NCBI GenBank assembly: GCA_027371535.1 | Contig: DAHXMV010000002.1 | Coordinates: 3,494 to 67,493 of the forward strand | Direction: 5' to 3' | Origin: Candidatus Amesbacteria bacterium | Lineage (GTDB): Bacteria; Patescibacteriota; Microgenomatia; CAZETR01; Amesbacteraceae | DNA length: 64,000 nucleotides | Shown: piece after piece, positions 50,768 to 60,562 of the stretch | Numbering within the stretch: the first letter of the stretch is position 1 | How the letters are laid out: each line of letters opens with the position of its first letter | The notes under the pieces: generated by a model | What the model saw: the letters and a program-made list of their open reading frames with translations, nothing else | What the model was told of the DNA's origin: nothing | The model's database searches: none | Translations under genes and position numbers: made by a program

Positions 50768-51410
50768 TCCGGTAGCCTACAGGCTGCCTCTCCATCCTTT
50801 TGAAACCTGGAAATCCAGGTGGTTTACGACCAATCCCAAAAGATACCGGGAATATCTGATGGCGGATGCCACTTTGAGAGAAGCCCTGATGAGTAAACTG
50901 GCAAACGCATCAATAGCCAGGGTGGAAATTGAAAGATCCCTGAGAAGTATGAAAATTATTGTGCACGTGACCAGACCGGGTGTGGTAATCGGACGGGGAG
51001 GATCGGGGCTGGAAGATCTGAAAAAGTTCATCTACAAAACCCTAGGTTTCAACAGCCTGAACAAAAATGCCCCCAAAATTGATCTGCAGGTGGAAGAGAT
51101 AAAGACGCCGGATCTGAATGCCTACATTGTGGCGACAAAAATTGTTGACCAGCTGGTGAAAAGATTGCCGGCCAGGAGAGTGGTAAAAAAGGCCATGGAG
51201 AGAACTATCCAGGCAGGGGCTTTGGGAATAAAAATTGTCCTTTCAGGCCGGGTGGGAGGCGCTGAAATTGCCAGAAGAGAACTATATGCATCCGGATCAG
51301 TCCCGCTGCAAACCCTGAGAGCTAAAATAGACTATGCAGAAGTACCAGCTCTGACAAGGTCAGGTTACGTGGGGGTTAAAGTCTGGATTAACAGAGGAGA
51401 AAAGGAGTAA
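50751..51410 (+). CDS. rpsC: 30S ribosomal protein S3
   Basis: 219 aa. GTG start with a GGGAGGAA Shine-Dalgarno. GQKVNP, KH domain, VVIGRGGSG. Confidence 0.96.
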   Translation: MGQKVNPVAYRLPLHPFETWKSRWFTTNPKRYREYLMADATLREALMSKLANASIARVEIERSLRSMKIIVHVTRPGVVIGRGGSGLEDLKKFIYKTLGFNSLNKNAPKIDLQVEEIKTPDLNAYIVATKIVDQLVKRLPARRVVKKAMERTIQAGALGIKIVLSGRVGGAEIARRELYASGSVPLQTLRAKIDYAEVPALTRSGYVGVKVWINRGEKE

Positions 51411-51412
51411 TC

Positions 51413-51817
51413 ATGCTGCAGCCCAAAAAACAAAAATTCAGAAAGCAATTCAGAGGAAAAATGGCCGGGACGTCTATCAGAGGGTCGAATGTAGACTACG
51501 GTGAGTATGGCCTGAAAGCCATGGACCGGGGCTGGCTGTCAGCCAGGCAGATTGAAGCCGCCAGAAAAGCCATTGTCAAATACACCCACCGTGGCGGAAA
51601 AGTGTGGCTAAGGGTTTTCCCCGACAAGCCAACCACCAAAAAAGCCCTGGGAACCAGAATGGGATCGGGTAAGGGGGATATTTTCCAATACGTGTCGGTG
51701 GTCAGGCCGGGCAGAATTTTATTTGAAATTGCCGGTGTACCCGGGGACGTGGCCAGCAAAGCCTTTAAAAATGCAGGAGCTAAAATTCCTTTTAAAACCA
51801 AACTGGTAGCAAAATAA
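51413..51817 (+). CDS. rplP: 50S ribosomal protein L16
   Basis: 134 aa. MLQPKKQKFRKQFRGK..RMGSGKG L16 signature. Confidence 0.96.
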   Translation: MLQPKKQKFRKQFRGKMAGTSIRGSNVDYGEYGLKAMDRGWLSARQIEAARKAIVKYTHRGGKVWLRVFPDKPTTKKALGTRMGSGKGDIFQYVSVVRPGRILFEIAGVPGDVASKAFKNAGAKIPFKTKLVAK

Positions 51818-51818
51818 A

Positions 51819-52037
51819 ATGACAAAAAAGACTACAAAAAAGGGTGAAGTTAAAGAAGTCATAGCCTTGAAAGACATGACTATCGCAGAACTTTCCAGTA
51901 AGAGTAAACAAACCGCGGCCGAAATTAATAAAAAGCGACTGGATAAAAGCGTAGGCAGGTTAAAAAATACCAGGGAAATTTTCAACCTGAGAAAAGAATT
52001 GGCCAGAATTAAGACATTAATTAGTGTAAAATCCTAA
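51819..52037 (+). CDS. rpmC: 50S ribosomal protein L29
   Basis: 72 aa. Helical Lys-rich protein at the L29 position (ELSSKSKQTAAEINKKRLD). Confidence 0.85.
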   Translation: MTKKTTKKGEVKEVIALKDMTIAELSSKSKQTAAEINKKRLDKSVGRLKNTREIFNLRKELARIKTLISVKS

Positions 52038-52044
52038 AATATTC

Positions 52045-52287
52045 ATGAAAGCCATCCAAGGGACAGTAATTTCGGACAAGATGAAAAACACGGTGGTAGT
52101 CACCGTGGAAAGAATGATTGCCCATCCGGTTTACCACAAACGGATCAGGCGCAGCAAAAAATTCCATGCCCACAATGAGTTGGGGGCAAAAACAGGCGAC
52201 CTGGTAAAACTGGTGCCTTCAAAACCATACAGCAAAACCAAATTCTGGAAAGTTAGTGAAATAGTCAAAAAACATGATACAACTTAG
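52045..52287 (+). CDS. rpsQ: 30S ribosomal protein S17
   Basis: 80 aa. GTVISDKMKNTVVVTVER..HPVYHK..KKFHAHN. Confidence 0.95.
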   Translation: MKAIQGTVISDKMKNTVVVTVERMIAHPVYHKRIRRSKKFHAHNELGAKTGDLVKLVPSKPYSKTKFWKVSEIVKKHDTT

Positions 52288-52645
52288 AACCATACTGACA
52301 CCGGCCGATAACTGCGGGGCCAAAAGACTGATGGTAATTCATCTCGACGGAGCGTGGAAAAGGAGCGTGTCTTATGTCGGCGACGTGGTGACCGCGGTCG
52401 TTGACAGAGCCGATACCGACGGGGTGGTTAAAGATTCCGAAGTGGTGAAGGCGGTAATCGTCCGGACCAGAAAAGAGAAAAGGCGTAAAGACGGCAGTTA
52501 CATCAGATTTGATGACAACGCAGCAGTAATTATCGATCCCAAAACCAAAGAGCCCAGAGGAACCCGGGTTTTCGGTCCGGTAGCCCGTGAAGTCAAAGAC
52601 AACGGATTTAATAAAATAGCCTCACTGGCTACCGAGGTAATTTAA
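52274..52645 (+). CDS. rplN: 50S ribosomal protein L14
   Basis: 123 aa. MIQ..T.L.VADNCGAK L14 signature. Confidence 0.96.
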   Translation: MIQLRTILTPADNCGAKRLMVIHLDGAWKRSVSYVGDVVTAVVDRADTDGVVKDSEVVKAVIVRTRKEKRRKDGSYIRFDDNAAVIIDPKTKEPRGTRVFGPVAREVKDNGFNKIASLATEVI

Positions 52646-52649
52646 ATAT

Positions 52650-52958
52650 ATGAAGATAAAAAAAGGCGATTTAGTACAAATTCTGGCTGGTAAAGACCGG
52701 GGTAGACAGGGTAAGGTGGAAAGAGTGGTTTTAAAGACACAGGAAGTAGTGATTGCCGGCCTGAACCAATATAAAAAACACAAAAAACCTCAGGGGGAAA
52801 ACAAACCGGGAGAAATTGTAGTTATCGACAGACCATATACTGTGGCAAAAGTGGCTCTGGTCTGCCCAAAATGCAAACAGCAGACAAGAATCGGTTATAA
52901 ATGGTCTGAGGATAAAAAAATCAGGGTCTGCAGAAAATGCGATGCTGTAATCGACTAA
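52650..52958 (+). CDS. rplX: 50S ribosomal protein L24 (with C-terminal C4 zinc-ribbon motif)
   Basis: 102 aa. KOW motif MKIKKGDLVQILAGKDRGRQGKV plus CPKC...CRKC in the C-terminal third. Confidence 0.93.
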   Translation: MKIKKGDLVQILAGKDRGRQGKVERVVLKTQEVVIAGLNQYKKHKKPQGENKPGEIVVIDRPYTVAKVALVCPKCKQQTRIGYKWSEDKKIRVCRKCDAVID

Positions 52959-52959
52959 T

Positions 52960-53520
52960 ATGGAACCCGTAAAACTTTACCAAGAAAAAATCGTTCCCAC
53001 CCTGATGGCGGAATTTGATATTAAAAACAGATTGGCCGTACCCAAACTGGTTAAAATAGTAATCAATATCGGCCTTAAGGAGGCGGCTCATGATAAAGGG
53101 GTGATGGAGAAGGCCATTGAGCAATTGACGGCAATTTCCGGCCAAAAGCCCAAAGTGACAGCAGCAAAATTGTCCATTGCCGGTTTTAAAGTCCGCGAGG
53201 GCGACCCGGTCGGGCTGACGGTAAATTTAAGAGGAAAAATGATGTATGACTTTTTAACAAAACTGTTTGCCATCGCCCTCCCCAGAGTGAGGGATTTTCA
53301 GGGGGTACCGGCAACAGCTTTTGACCAAAACGGCAACTATACCCTGGGGATTACCGAACAAACCGTATTTCCGGAAATCGATTATGCCAAAATCGACAGA
53401 CTCAGAGGCCTGGAGATGTCATTTATATTTAAACCCAAAACAGATGCTAAAATTGCAAAGCGGCTGTTAACACTGTTTGGGATGCCATTCGAAAAATCAC
53501 AAAACATAAATAACAAATAA
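52960..53520 (+). CDS. rplE: 50S ribosomal protein L5
   Basis: 186 aa. L5 signature blocks ([21 protein letters not shown]). Confidence 0.95.
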   Translation: MEPVKLYQEKIVPTLMAEFDIKNRLAVPKLVKIVINIGLKEAAHDKGVMEKAIEQLTAISGQKPKVTAAKLSIAGFKVREGDPVGLTVNLRGKMMYDFLTKLFAIALPRVRDFQGVPATAFDQNGNYTLGITEQTVFPEIDYAKIDRLRGLEMSFIFKPKTDAKIAKRLLTLFGMPFEKSQNINNK

Positions 53521-53527
53521 TAAATTT

Positions 53528-53719
53528 ATGGCAAAAACATCAAAAATCGTTAAACAAACCAAAGGTTACCTGAAATATCCGGGGACCCAGTTGAGGCACA
53601 GGTGTAACCGATGCGGCAGGTCCAGGGGATATATCAGAATGTTCGGATTATGCCGCTTATGTTTCCGGGAATTAGCTAACAAGGGGGAACTCCCCGGAGT
53701 CAGAAAGGCATCATGGTAA
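53528..53719 (+). CDS. rpsZ: 30S ribosomal protein S14 type Z (zinc-binding)
   Basis: 63 aa. [23 protein letters not shown]. Confidence 0.95.
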   Translation: MAKTSKIVKQTKGYLKYPGTQLRHRCNRCGRSRGYIRMFGLCRLCFRELANKGELPGVRKASW

Positions 53720-54093
53720 GCGACAGACTATCAGATTTCGTGACCAGAGTCAGAAACGGCTACCGGGCGGGGCTGGAAACCATTGAAGTTCCGCTGACGA
53801 AAACGGTGGAAAAAATATCCCAGGTATTGGCTGAAGAAGGATACCTGAACGGAGTTAAAAAAGAAGGAAACAAGCTGGTGCTGACCTTAAAATACAACGG
53901 CCGGGAACCGGGAATTACCGGGATTAAAAGAGTCAGCAAACCCGGGGCCAGAATCTATTCCGGAGTGAAAAATTTCCCCAAAGTACTGGGAGGCTTAGGG
54001 CTAAATATTCTGACTACACCTAAGGGTATTTTATCCGAAATAAAAGCTAAAAAGTTAAATACGGGCGGCGAAATCATCGCCCAAGTCTGGTAG
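53713..54093 (+). CDS. rpsH: 30S ribosomal protein S8
   Basis: 126 aa. [23 protein letters not shown]. Confidence 0.96.
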   Translation: MVSDRLSDFVTRVRNGYRAGLETIEVPLTKTVEKISQVLAEEGYLNGVKKEGNKLVLTLKYNGREPGITGIKRVSKPGARIYSGVKNFPKVLGGLGLNILTTPKGILSEIKAKKLNTGGEIIAQVW

Positions 54094-54109
54094 TCCGACT
54101 ACCGAATAT

Positions 54110-54646
54110 ATGTCAAGAATAGGAAGACAAATCATTAAATTACCAACCGGTGTCACCGTAGGGGTGGCAAACGGAGTAGTGGAAATCAAGGGGCCGAAAG
54201 GAGTATTGTCATGGGCTTTAAATGAAAAAGCGGAAGTGGTCATAAACGAACAGGAGTTAAGGGTAAAAATGACCGAAGAAAATGCGGATAATATTCACGG
54301 GATGACCAGGTCAATTATTGCCAATATGGTAAAGGGGGTAACGGACGGCTGGTCGAAAGTCCTGGAACTGAACGGGACAGGTTACAGGGCGTCTACCGGC
54401 GGTCCAGATCTGGCACTGGCTCTGGGTTTTTCCCATCCGGTAAATATCAAGGCTCCCGAAGGAATCAGTTTTGAAGTCAAGGAAAATAAAATTACGGTAA
54501 AGGGAACCGACAAGAGGCTGGTAGGAGAGACTGCTGCTAAAATCAGGGCACTGAAGCCTGCCGACCCATATAAACTCAAGGGGTTTAAGTATGAAGATGA
54601 AATAATTATAAAGAAAGCCGGCAAAGCCGTTAAGGCAGCAGCCTGA
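54110..54646 (+). CDS. rplF: 50S ribosomal protein L6
   Basis: 178 aa. SRIGRQIIKLPTGV and two L6 repeats. Confidence 0.95.
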   Translation: MSRIGRQIIKLPTGVTVGVANGVVEIKGPKGVLSWALNEKAEVVINEQELRVKMTEENADNIHGMTRSIIANMVKGVTDGWSKVLELNGTGYRASTGGPDLALALGFSHPVNIKAPEGISFEVKENKITVKGTDKRLVGETAAKIRALKPADPYKLKGFKYEDEIIIKKAGKAVKAAA

Positions 54647-54664
54647 TAAGATGATAGTCTATCC

Positions 54665-54985
54665 ATGATAAAAAGATATTTACATACCAGCCATAAAAGA
54701 GAAGCCAGTGTCAGAGCAAAAATTGCCCGGGCCGGAGCAGACCACAAACTGGTGGTTCATAAGAGCAACAAATATATCTATGCCCAGCTGGTGGATCTGG
54801 TTTCGGGAAAAACAATTGCCGGGGTGAGAGGTAAAAACCCCGCCGAAGCGGGAAAAGGAATCGCAGAAAAAGCCAAAAAAGCAAAATTTGCCGGAAAACT
54901 GGTATTCGACCGGGGAGCTAATAAATTTCACGGGCAGGTCAAAACACTAGCTACAGCAGCCAGAGAGGGAGGACTGAAATTTTAA
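54665..54985 (+). CDS. rplR: 50S ribosomal protein L18
   Basis: 106 aa. [12 protein letters not shown]...[26 protein letters not shown]. Confidence 0.94.
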   Translation: MIKRYLHTSHKREASVRAKIARAGADHKLVVHKSNKYIYAQLVDLVSGKTIAGVRGKNPAEAGKGIAEKAKKAKFAGKLVFDRGANKFHGQVKTLATAAREGGLKF

Positions 54986-54987
54986 AT

Positions 54988-55455
54988 ATGGCAAATCCAG
55001 AACAACCAGAAAAAGAGTTTGAAGAAAAGGTAGTCCAGGTGAACCGGGTGAGTAAAAAAACCAAGGGCGGTAATAAGATCGGTTTTTCAGCACTGATGGT
55101 GGTAGGCGACAAAAAAGGCCGGGTGGGAATCGGTCTCGGTAAGGCTGCAGATGTGTCTTCGGCGATCAGAAAAGGCAGTACCTATGCCCAGAAAAGACTG
55201 ATCAGAGTGCCGATGAAAGGCACTACCATCCCGCATGAAATACGGATTAAACTGGGAGCGGCCAAGTTGCTACTTAAACCTGCTCCCCCAGGCAGCGGAG
55301 TAATTGCCGGCGGCCCGGTGAGAGCTGTCGTAGAAGCAGCCGGGATCAGGGATGTAGTGGCCAAAATTTTAGGTACGGCCAATAAAGCCAGTAATGTATA
55401 TGTGACATTTGAAGCTCTGAAGAGATTAAAAAATGTCACTCTAAAAGTGCACTAA
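54988..55455 (+). CDS. rpsE: 30S ribosomal protein S5
   Basis: 155 aa. [39 protein letters not shown]. Confidence 0.96.
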   Translation: MANPEQPEKEFEEKVVQVNRVSKKTKGGNKIGFSALMVVGDKKGRVGIGLGKAADVSSAIRKGSTYAQKRLIRVPMKGTTIPHEIRIKLGAAKLLLKPAPPGSGVIAGGPVRAVVEAAGIRDVVAKILGTANKASNVYVTFEALKRLKNVTLKVH

Positions 55456-55456
55456 T

Positions 55457-55900
55457 ATGGAACTCTCAAAATTACCAAAACTAGTTGACCGACCGGCAAA
55501 AAGAGTCGGACGGGGTATGGGATCCGGCAAGGGCAGTCATACTACCGGCCGGGGACAAAAGGGACAAAAATCCAGAACCAGCATTCCGGTAATTTTTGAG
55601 GGAACCAAGACGAAAAAATCGTTTATCAAAAGACTGCCGCTTTTGCGCGGCCGGGGAAAGTTAAAACCCTGGGGTAATAAGCCTGTAGTTATCAGTCTGG
55701 AGCAGTTGACTGACTGGCCAAAAAGCACACCGGTGACGGGTGAAGAGCTGGCTAAAAGAGGAATGATCAAAAAGTATCACGGTGAAATGGTAAAAATCCT
55801 GGGGGACGGGGAAATCCAACAGGCTCTGACTGTTAAGGTAAAGGCATCAAAAAGTGCGGCCGAGAAAATTGTCAAAGCCGGGGGTAAAATTGAAGCTTAG
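55457..55900 (+). CDS. rplO: 50S ribosomal protein L15 (follows rpsE directly; no rpmD/L30 gene)
   Basis: 147 aa. RVGRGMGSGKGSHTTGRGQKGQKSR L15 signature. Only 1 nt separates it from rpsE. Confidence 0.95.
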   Translation: MELSKLPKLVDRPAKRVGRGMGSGKGSHTTGRGQKGQKSRTSIPVIFEGTKTKKSFIKRLPLLRGRGKLKPWGNKPVVISLEQLTDWPKSTPVTGEELAKRGMIKKYHGEMVKILGDGEIQQALTVKVKASKSAAEKIVKAGGKIEA

Positions 55901-55906
55901 AGGGGT

Positions 55907-57196
55907 ATGAAGAAGATTGCCAATATATTCAGGCAGATTTGGACAGCCAAAGACCTGCGGAAAAAGGTGTTATTTACTGCCGGGATGTTGTTTTTATACA
56001 GATTTTTAGGCCATATTCCGGCAGCCGGGGTAGACAGAAACGCTCTGAAAATGCTATTTAACTCCAGCCAATTGCTGGGGCTGTTGGACGTTTTTTCCGG
56101 CGGTACGCTGGCAAATTTTTCCCTGGTAGCCCTCGGTTTAGGACCATATATCAATGCCTCAATCATTATGCAGCTACTAACGGTGATCTTCCCGAAGCTG
56201 GAAGAGTTGCAGAAAGAGGGAGAATACGGAAGGGAAATCGTCAATCAGTATACCCGGCTGTTAACCGTGCCAATTGCGATTTTGCAGGCTTTCGGGATGT
56301 ATTTTTTACTGAAAAGCCAGGGAGTAATCGGGCTTTTAAGCCCGCTGCAACTGATTGCGCTTTTGGCTACCATGACTGCCGGGACCATTATTACGGTGTG
56401 GCTCGGGGAACTGGTAACGGAATACGGGGTGGGCAACGGCATATCGCTATTAATTTTTGCAGGAATTGTGGGCCGGTTACCGGTGACTTTCGGCCAGACT
56501 GCAGCCACAATAGAAACAATAGATCCGATGAATATACTGGTATTTACGGTAATAGGATTATTGGTCGTTGCCGGAGTAGTATTCATGAATGAGGCTTCGA
56601 GAAATATTGTGGTGCAGTATGCCAAAAGGCTGAGAGCAGGAAGAATTTACGGCGGGGAGTCAACCCACTTACCGCTCCGGGTGAACCAGGCGGGGGTAAT
56701 ACCGATTATATTTGCCGTATCACTAGTGCTTTTGCCTTCGATGGTGGGTAAATTCGTGGAGCAAATTCCCAACAAAGCTCTGGCTGATGCAGCAACTGCG
56801 GTCGTCAGTTTCATGACCCCCGGAGGCTGGCCTTACAACTTAATCTACTTTGTCCTGGTGGTTGGTTTTACCTACTTTTATACAGCCATTGTGTTTAATC
56901 CCGAAAAAATAGCCGATGATCTGAAAAAATACGGCGGTTTCATACCCGGAGTGAGACCGGGAGAAGCGACTGCAAATTATCTGTCGGGGGTGCTTAACCG
57001 GATTACCCTGGCGGGGGCGCTGTTTTTAGGGGCGATTGCCATACTGCCGGCTATCGGGCAAAGCGTATTTAAAATTCCTTCGCTGTCTATCGGCGGAACA
57101 GGATTATTAATTGTGGTGTCGGTAGTACTGGAAACTACCAAATCCCTGCAGTCTCAATTATTGGTCAGAAACTATGAAGGATTTTTGAAAATATGA
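55907..57196 (+). CDS. secY: preprotein translocase subunit SecY
   Basis: 429 aa, 10 TM segments. SecY blocks ([11 protein letters not shown], plug region). Confidence 0.96.
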   Translation: MKKIANIFRQIWTAKDLRKKVLFTAGMLFLYRFLGHIPAAGVDRNALKMLFNSSQLLGLLDVFSGGTLANFSLVALGLGPYINASIIMQLLTVIFPKLEELQKEGEYGREIVNQYTRLLTVPIAILQAFGMYFLLKSQGVIGLLSPLQLIALLATMTAGTIITVWLGELVTEYGVGNGISLLIFAGIVGRLPVTFGQTAATIETIDPMNILVFTVIGLLVVAGVVFMNEASRNIVVQYAKRLRAGRIYGGESTHLPLRVNQAGVIPIIFAVSLVLLPSMVGKFVEQIPNKALADAATAVVSFMTPGGWPYNLIYFVLVVGFTYFYTAIVFNPEKIADDLKKYGGFIPGVRPGEATANYLSGVLNRITLAGALFLGAIAILPAIGQSVFKIPSLSIGGTGLLIVVSVVLETTKSLQSQLLVRNYEGFLKI

Positions 57197-57831
57197 ACCT
57201 GGTAATTATCGGCCCCCAAGGTTCAGGCAAAGGGACACAGGCGGAATTTTTAGTAAACGAGCTGGGTTTGAGGCACATTGAAACCGGGGAAATATTAAGA
57301 AAAATAGCCGAAACCAATACTGTGACGGGCAGGCTGGTCAGGGAAACCATGGACCGGGGCGAACTGGTTTCTGATGAGGTATTGATGGAGATCTTGAAAG
57401 ACCAGCTGGACCACACCGGTGTCAAAGGATTTTTATTTGACGGGACGCCGAGAAATTTGGTCCAATACAAATTGATTAACGATATTTTGGCTTTACACGG
57501 CCAAAAAATTGACAAAGTGATCCTGTTAAATTTACCCGAGGAGGAAACCATAAAAAGACTGTCATCCCGGCGTACCTGCGAGCAGTGCGGAAGAGTTTAC
57601 AATTTAATTACCAACCCCTCCCCCAACGGAGAAAGCTGTGAGTGCGGGGGGGAACTGATCCAAAGGGAAGATGACGTACCCGAAGCCATCAAACGCAGGT
57701 TGTTGGCATTCTGGAGGTCAACAGAACAAGTAATCGAGGCTTTCAAGCAGGAAAATATACTGGTGGAAGTAGACGGCAACCAACCCATTGAAACCATTCA
57801 CCAGGAAATTAGACAGAAACTAGAGATCTAA
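57193..57831 (+). CDS. adk: adenylate kinase (zinc-lid type)
   Basis: 212 aa. P-loop [11 protein letters not shown], Zn lid CEQCG..CECGG. Confidence 0.96.
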   Translation: MNLVIIGPQGSGKGTQAEFLVNELGLRHIETGEILRKIAETNTVTGRLVRETMDRGELVSDEVLMEILKDQLDHTGVKGFLFDGTPRNLVQYKLINDILALHGQKIDKVILLNLPEEETIKRLSSRRTCEQCGRVYNLITNPSPNGESCECGGELIQREDDVPEAIKRRLLAFWRSTEQVIEAFKQENILVEVDGNQPIETIHQEIRQKLEI

Positions 57832-57833
57832 TT

Positions 57834-58625
57834 ATGGATAAACTGACGATAAAAACGGACGAAGAGATTAAAATCATGACCGAGGGAGGGTGTTTTTTAG
57901 GAGAAATCAGAAATAGGCTGGCAGACGCGGTAGAGCCGGGGATGAAAACCATGATGCTTGAAAAATTGGCCTGTGAAATGATTGATAAAACCGGGGGCAA
58001 GGCGTCATTTAAACTGGTACCGGGATATCATCATGCCACCTGTATTAATATCAACGAGGTGGTGGTGCACGGCATACCGGGGGATCGGGTAATTAACGAT
58101 GGAGACAAGGTGGGAATAGACGTGGGACTTTTTTACAAAGGATTTCACACTGATACTTCGGTCACCGTCATGGCAAACCACAATCCACAAAACATAAACC
58201 ACAAATTGCAGAGATTTCTGGACGTGGGTAAAGAAGGGCTATACAAAGCCATTAAAATGGCTAAACCCGGCAAAAGGGTGGCAGATATTTCCAAGGCCAT
58301 GCAGGAGACCGTCGAAGCAGCGGGGTATTCGGCTGTTACCGCCCTGACCGGACACGGGATCGGCCGAAATCTGCACGAAGAACCGCCCATCCCCTGTTTT
58401 GAGGTGGGTAAATACGAAAACTCACCGATACTAGTCGAAAACATGGTGATAGCAATCGAAATTATGTACAACGAGGGAACAGCCGATGTGGTATATGAAA
58501 ATGACGATGGTTGGACAATAGCCACGGCTGATGGTAAAATATCTGGGCTGTTTGAGCATACTGTGGCGGTGGCTAGGTCCGGCCCGGTGATTCTTACAGG
58601 ACATTTTAAAGACCAGAATGAGTGA
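57834..58625 (+). CDS. map: methionine aminopeptidase type I
   Basis: 263 aa. MetAP metal-binding residues in VHGIPGDRVINDGDKVGIDVG, HGIGRNLHEEP, EPM-like C-terminal. Confidence 0.95.
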   Translation: MDKLTIKTDEEIKIMTEGGCFLGEIRNRLADAVEPGMKTMMLEKLACEMIDKTGGKASFKLVPGYHHATCININEVVVHGIPGDRVINDGDKVGIDVGLFYKGFHTDTSVTVMANHNPQNINHKLQRFLDVGKEGLYKAIKMAKPGKRVADISKAMQETVEAAGYSAVTALTGHGIGRNLHEEPPIPCFEVGKYENSPILVENMVIAIEIMYNEGTADVVYENDDGWTIATADGKISGLFEHTVAVARSGPVILTGHFKDQNE

Positions 58626-58857
58626 CCAAAAGAATATTGTAGCCGAAGGTGTCGTTGCCGAAAATCTGCCGAATACCATGTTTCGGGTAAAAATCGGCAC
58701 GGCCAGCGACCAAAATCTGGCAGATAAAATTGTCCTGTGTACAATTGCAGGCCGAATGCGGATGAATTATGTCCGCCTGCTGCCCGGGGACAAGGTCAGA
58801 TGCGAAATCAGCCCCCTGGATACCACCCGGGGCAGAATTATTTTTAAATTAAAATAA
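58618..58857 (+). CDS. infA: translation initiation factor IF-1
   Basis: 79 aa. S1-like, GVV..LPN.MFRV......HISGKMR-type sequence. Confidence 0.94.
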   Translation: MSDQKNIVAEGVVAENLPNTMFRVKIGTASDQNLADKIVLCTIAGRMRMNYVRLLPGDKVRCEISPLDTTRGRIIFKLK

Positions 58858-58943
58858 TGAAAGTGGCCAAAATTTAACAATTTTGGCAACTTTGTCGCTA
58901 TACAGCGAAATATATTAATTTTTTTCAATTTTTTCAAAAATTA

Positions 58944-59057
58944 ATGAAAGTTCAGGCGTCTATTAAAACCCGTTGCAGAAACTGCAAAATCATCAAACGA
59001 AAAGGGGTATTATTTGTAATTTGTAGCAACGCCCGGCACAAACAACGCCAGGGATAA
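58944..59057 (+). CDS. rpmJ: 50S ribosomal protein L36 (zinc-binding)
   Basis: Not in the ORF track (37 aa). Translates to [37 protein letters not shown]. Located between infA and rpsM. Confidence 0.9.
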   Translation: MKVQASIKTRCRNCKIIKRKGVLFVICSNARHKQRQG

Positions 59058-59059
59058 GT

Positions 59060-59473
59060 ATGCCCAGAATTGCAGGAATCGACATTCCGGAAAAAAAGCG
59101 TATAGATATTGCGCTAACTTATATATACGGTATCGGCCGGACGAACGTAAAAGATGTGCTGGTCAAAACCGGAGTGAACCCGGCCAAAAGAACCGCCGAG
59201 CTGACCGCCGAAGAGGTGTCCAAACTGCAAAAAACCATCGAATCGATGAAGGTGGAGGGAGACTTGAGAAAACAGGTCAATCAAAACATTACCAGGCTGA
59301 AAGAGATCGGAGCCTACCGGGGATCCAGGCATAGCAAAGGACTGCCGGCCCGGGGGCAAAGGACCAGAACAAATGCCAGAACCAAGAGGGGTAAGAGAGT
59401 CACGATCGGGGCTTTGAAGAAAGAGGTCTTGGCCAAGGTAGAAACAGCCAAAAAAGAGGAGGAAAAGAAATGA
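59060..59473 (+). CDS. rpsM: 30S ribosomal protein S13
   Basis: 137 aa. [11 protein letters not shown]....LT.IYGIG S13 signature. Confidence 0.96.
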   Translation: MPRIAGIDIPEKKRIDIALTYIYGIGRTNVKDVLVKTGVNPAKRTAELTAEEVSKLQKTIESMKVEGDLRKQVNQNITRLKEIGAYRGSRHSKGLPARGQRTRTNARTKRGKRVTIGALKKEVLAKVETAKKEEEKK

Positions 59474-59811
59474 ACGGAAAAGTCTATATAACGGCATCTT
59501 TCAATAATACGCTGGTAACAGTTACTGACGCTGCCGGTAATGTGGTGGCCTGGGGTTCCGCCGGAGCTTCCGGATTTAAAGGCGCCAGAAAAGCCACTCC
59601 GTTTGCCGCTACCACCGCCGTTGAAGCCACGGCCAGAAAAGCCGAGGCCGCAGGCATTAAAGAAGTGGAAGTGTATCTAAAAGGACCGGGGGCCGGACGG
59701 GATGCCGCACTGAGGGCACTGAAAGCGGCGGGGATGAAAATGTCACTGATTGCCGACGTCACCCCCATGGCGCATAACGGAGCCAGGCCGAAGAAAAGAA
59801 GAAGAGTATAA
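59470..59811 (+). CDS. rpsK: 30S ribosomal protein S11
   Basis: 113 aa. [30 protein letters not shown]. Confidence 0.96.
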   Translation: MNGKVYITASFNNTLVTVTDAAGNVVAWGSAGASGFKGARKATPFAATTAVEATARKAEAAGIKEVEVYLKGPGAGRDAALRALKAAGMKMSLIADVTPMAHNGARPKKRRRV

Positions 59812-59817
59812 ATCCAT

Positions 59818-60554
59818 ATGCTGGCGGCAGCGGAATTAAGAAAAATATCTGCAGCTGAAGACAGTTTTCCTTTTAATCTGCCCCTGGTCAGGAATTTCCA
59901 AAGAATGGCATTTGAAAATCCGGTCACATTTTTTGTGGGTGAAAACGGGTCCGGTAAATCAACCATTTTAGAAGCCATAGCGATAGCCGCCGGTTTACCG
60001 ACACTGGGGAGTACCGATTCGGCGATTGATGATACGATGAGCCAGGTAAGAAATCTGGCTGATAAACTGACATTAAGCTGGAAAATTAGAACCCATAGAG
60101 GGTTCTTTTTACGGGCAGAAGATTTTTTTGGTTTTGTAAAAAGAGTGGCCCAACTGAAATCGGAGCGGAAAGATCAAAAAAAAGATGCAGAAGCAAGATT
60201 TACCGGTTACGGAAGAAGGCTGGCTGCAGGTTCGGCCCAAGGACAATTGTATCTTTTGGAAAAACGTTTTTGTCCCGGATAGTGCCTGATGGATTGTACA
60301 TGCTGGATGAGCCGGAAGCCGCTCTGTCCCCAAAAAGACAAATGTCGCTGATCTCTTTAATCAAGGAGATGGCCAATAAGAACTGCCAGTTTATAATTGC
60401 CACCCACTCCCCGATTTTAATGGCTATACCACAGGCGATGATATATTCATTCGACGGCATACCGATTAAAAAAATCGCGTACAAAGATGTAGAACACGTG
60501 AGCCTGACAAAAAGCTTTTTAGACAACCCGGATGCCTATTTACGCCATCTTTAG
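59818..60554 (+). pseudogene. ABC-type/AAA_21-family ATPase split by a frameshift at a T5 run (60267-60271)
   Basis: ORF A carries Walker A FFVGENGSGKSTILEA and a signature-like [14 protein letters not shown] carries Walker [14 protein letters not shown] and H-loop IIATHSP. Adding one T to the T5 run joins them into ...[20 protein letters not shown].... Confidence 0.6.
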
Positions 60555-60562
60555 GGTATAAT

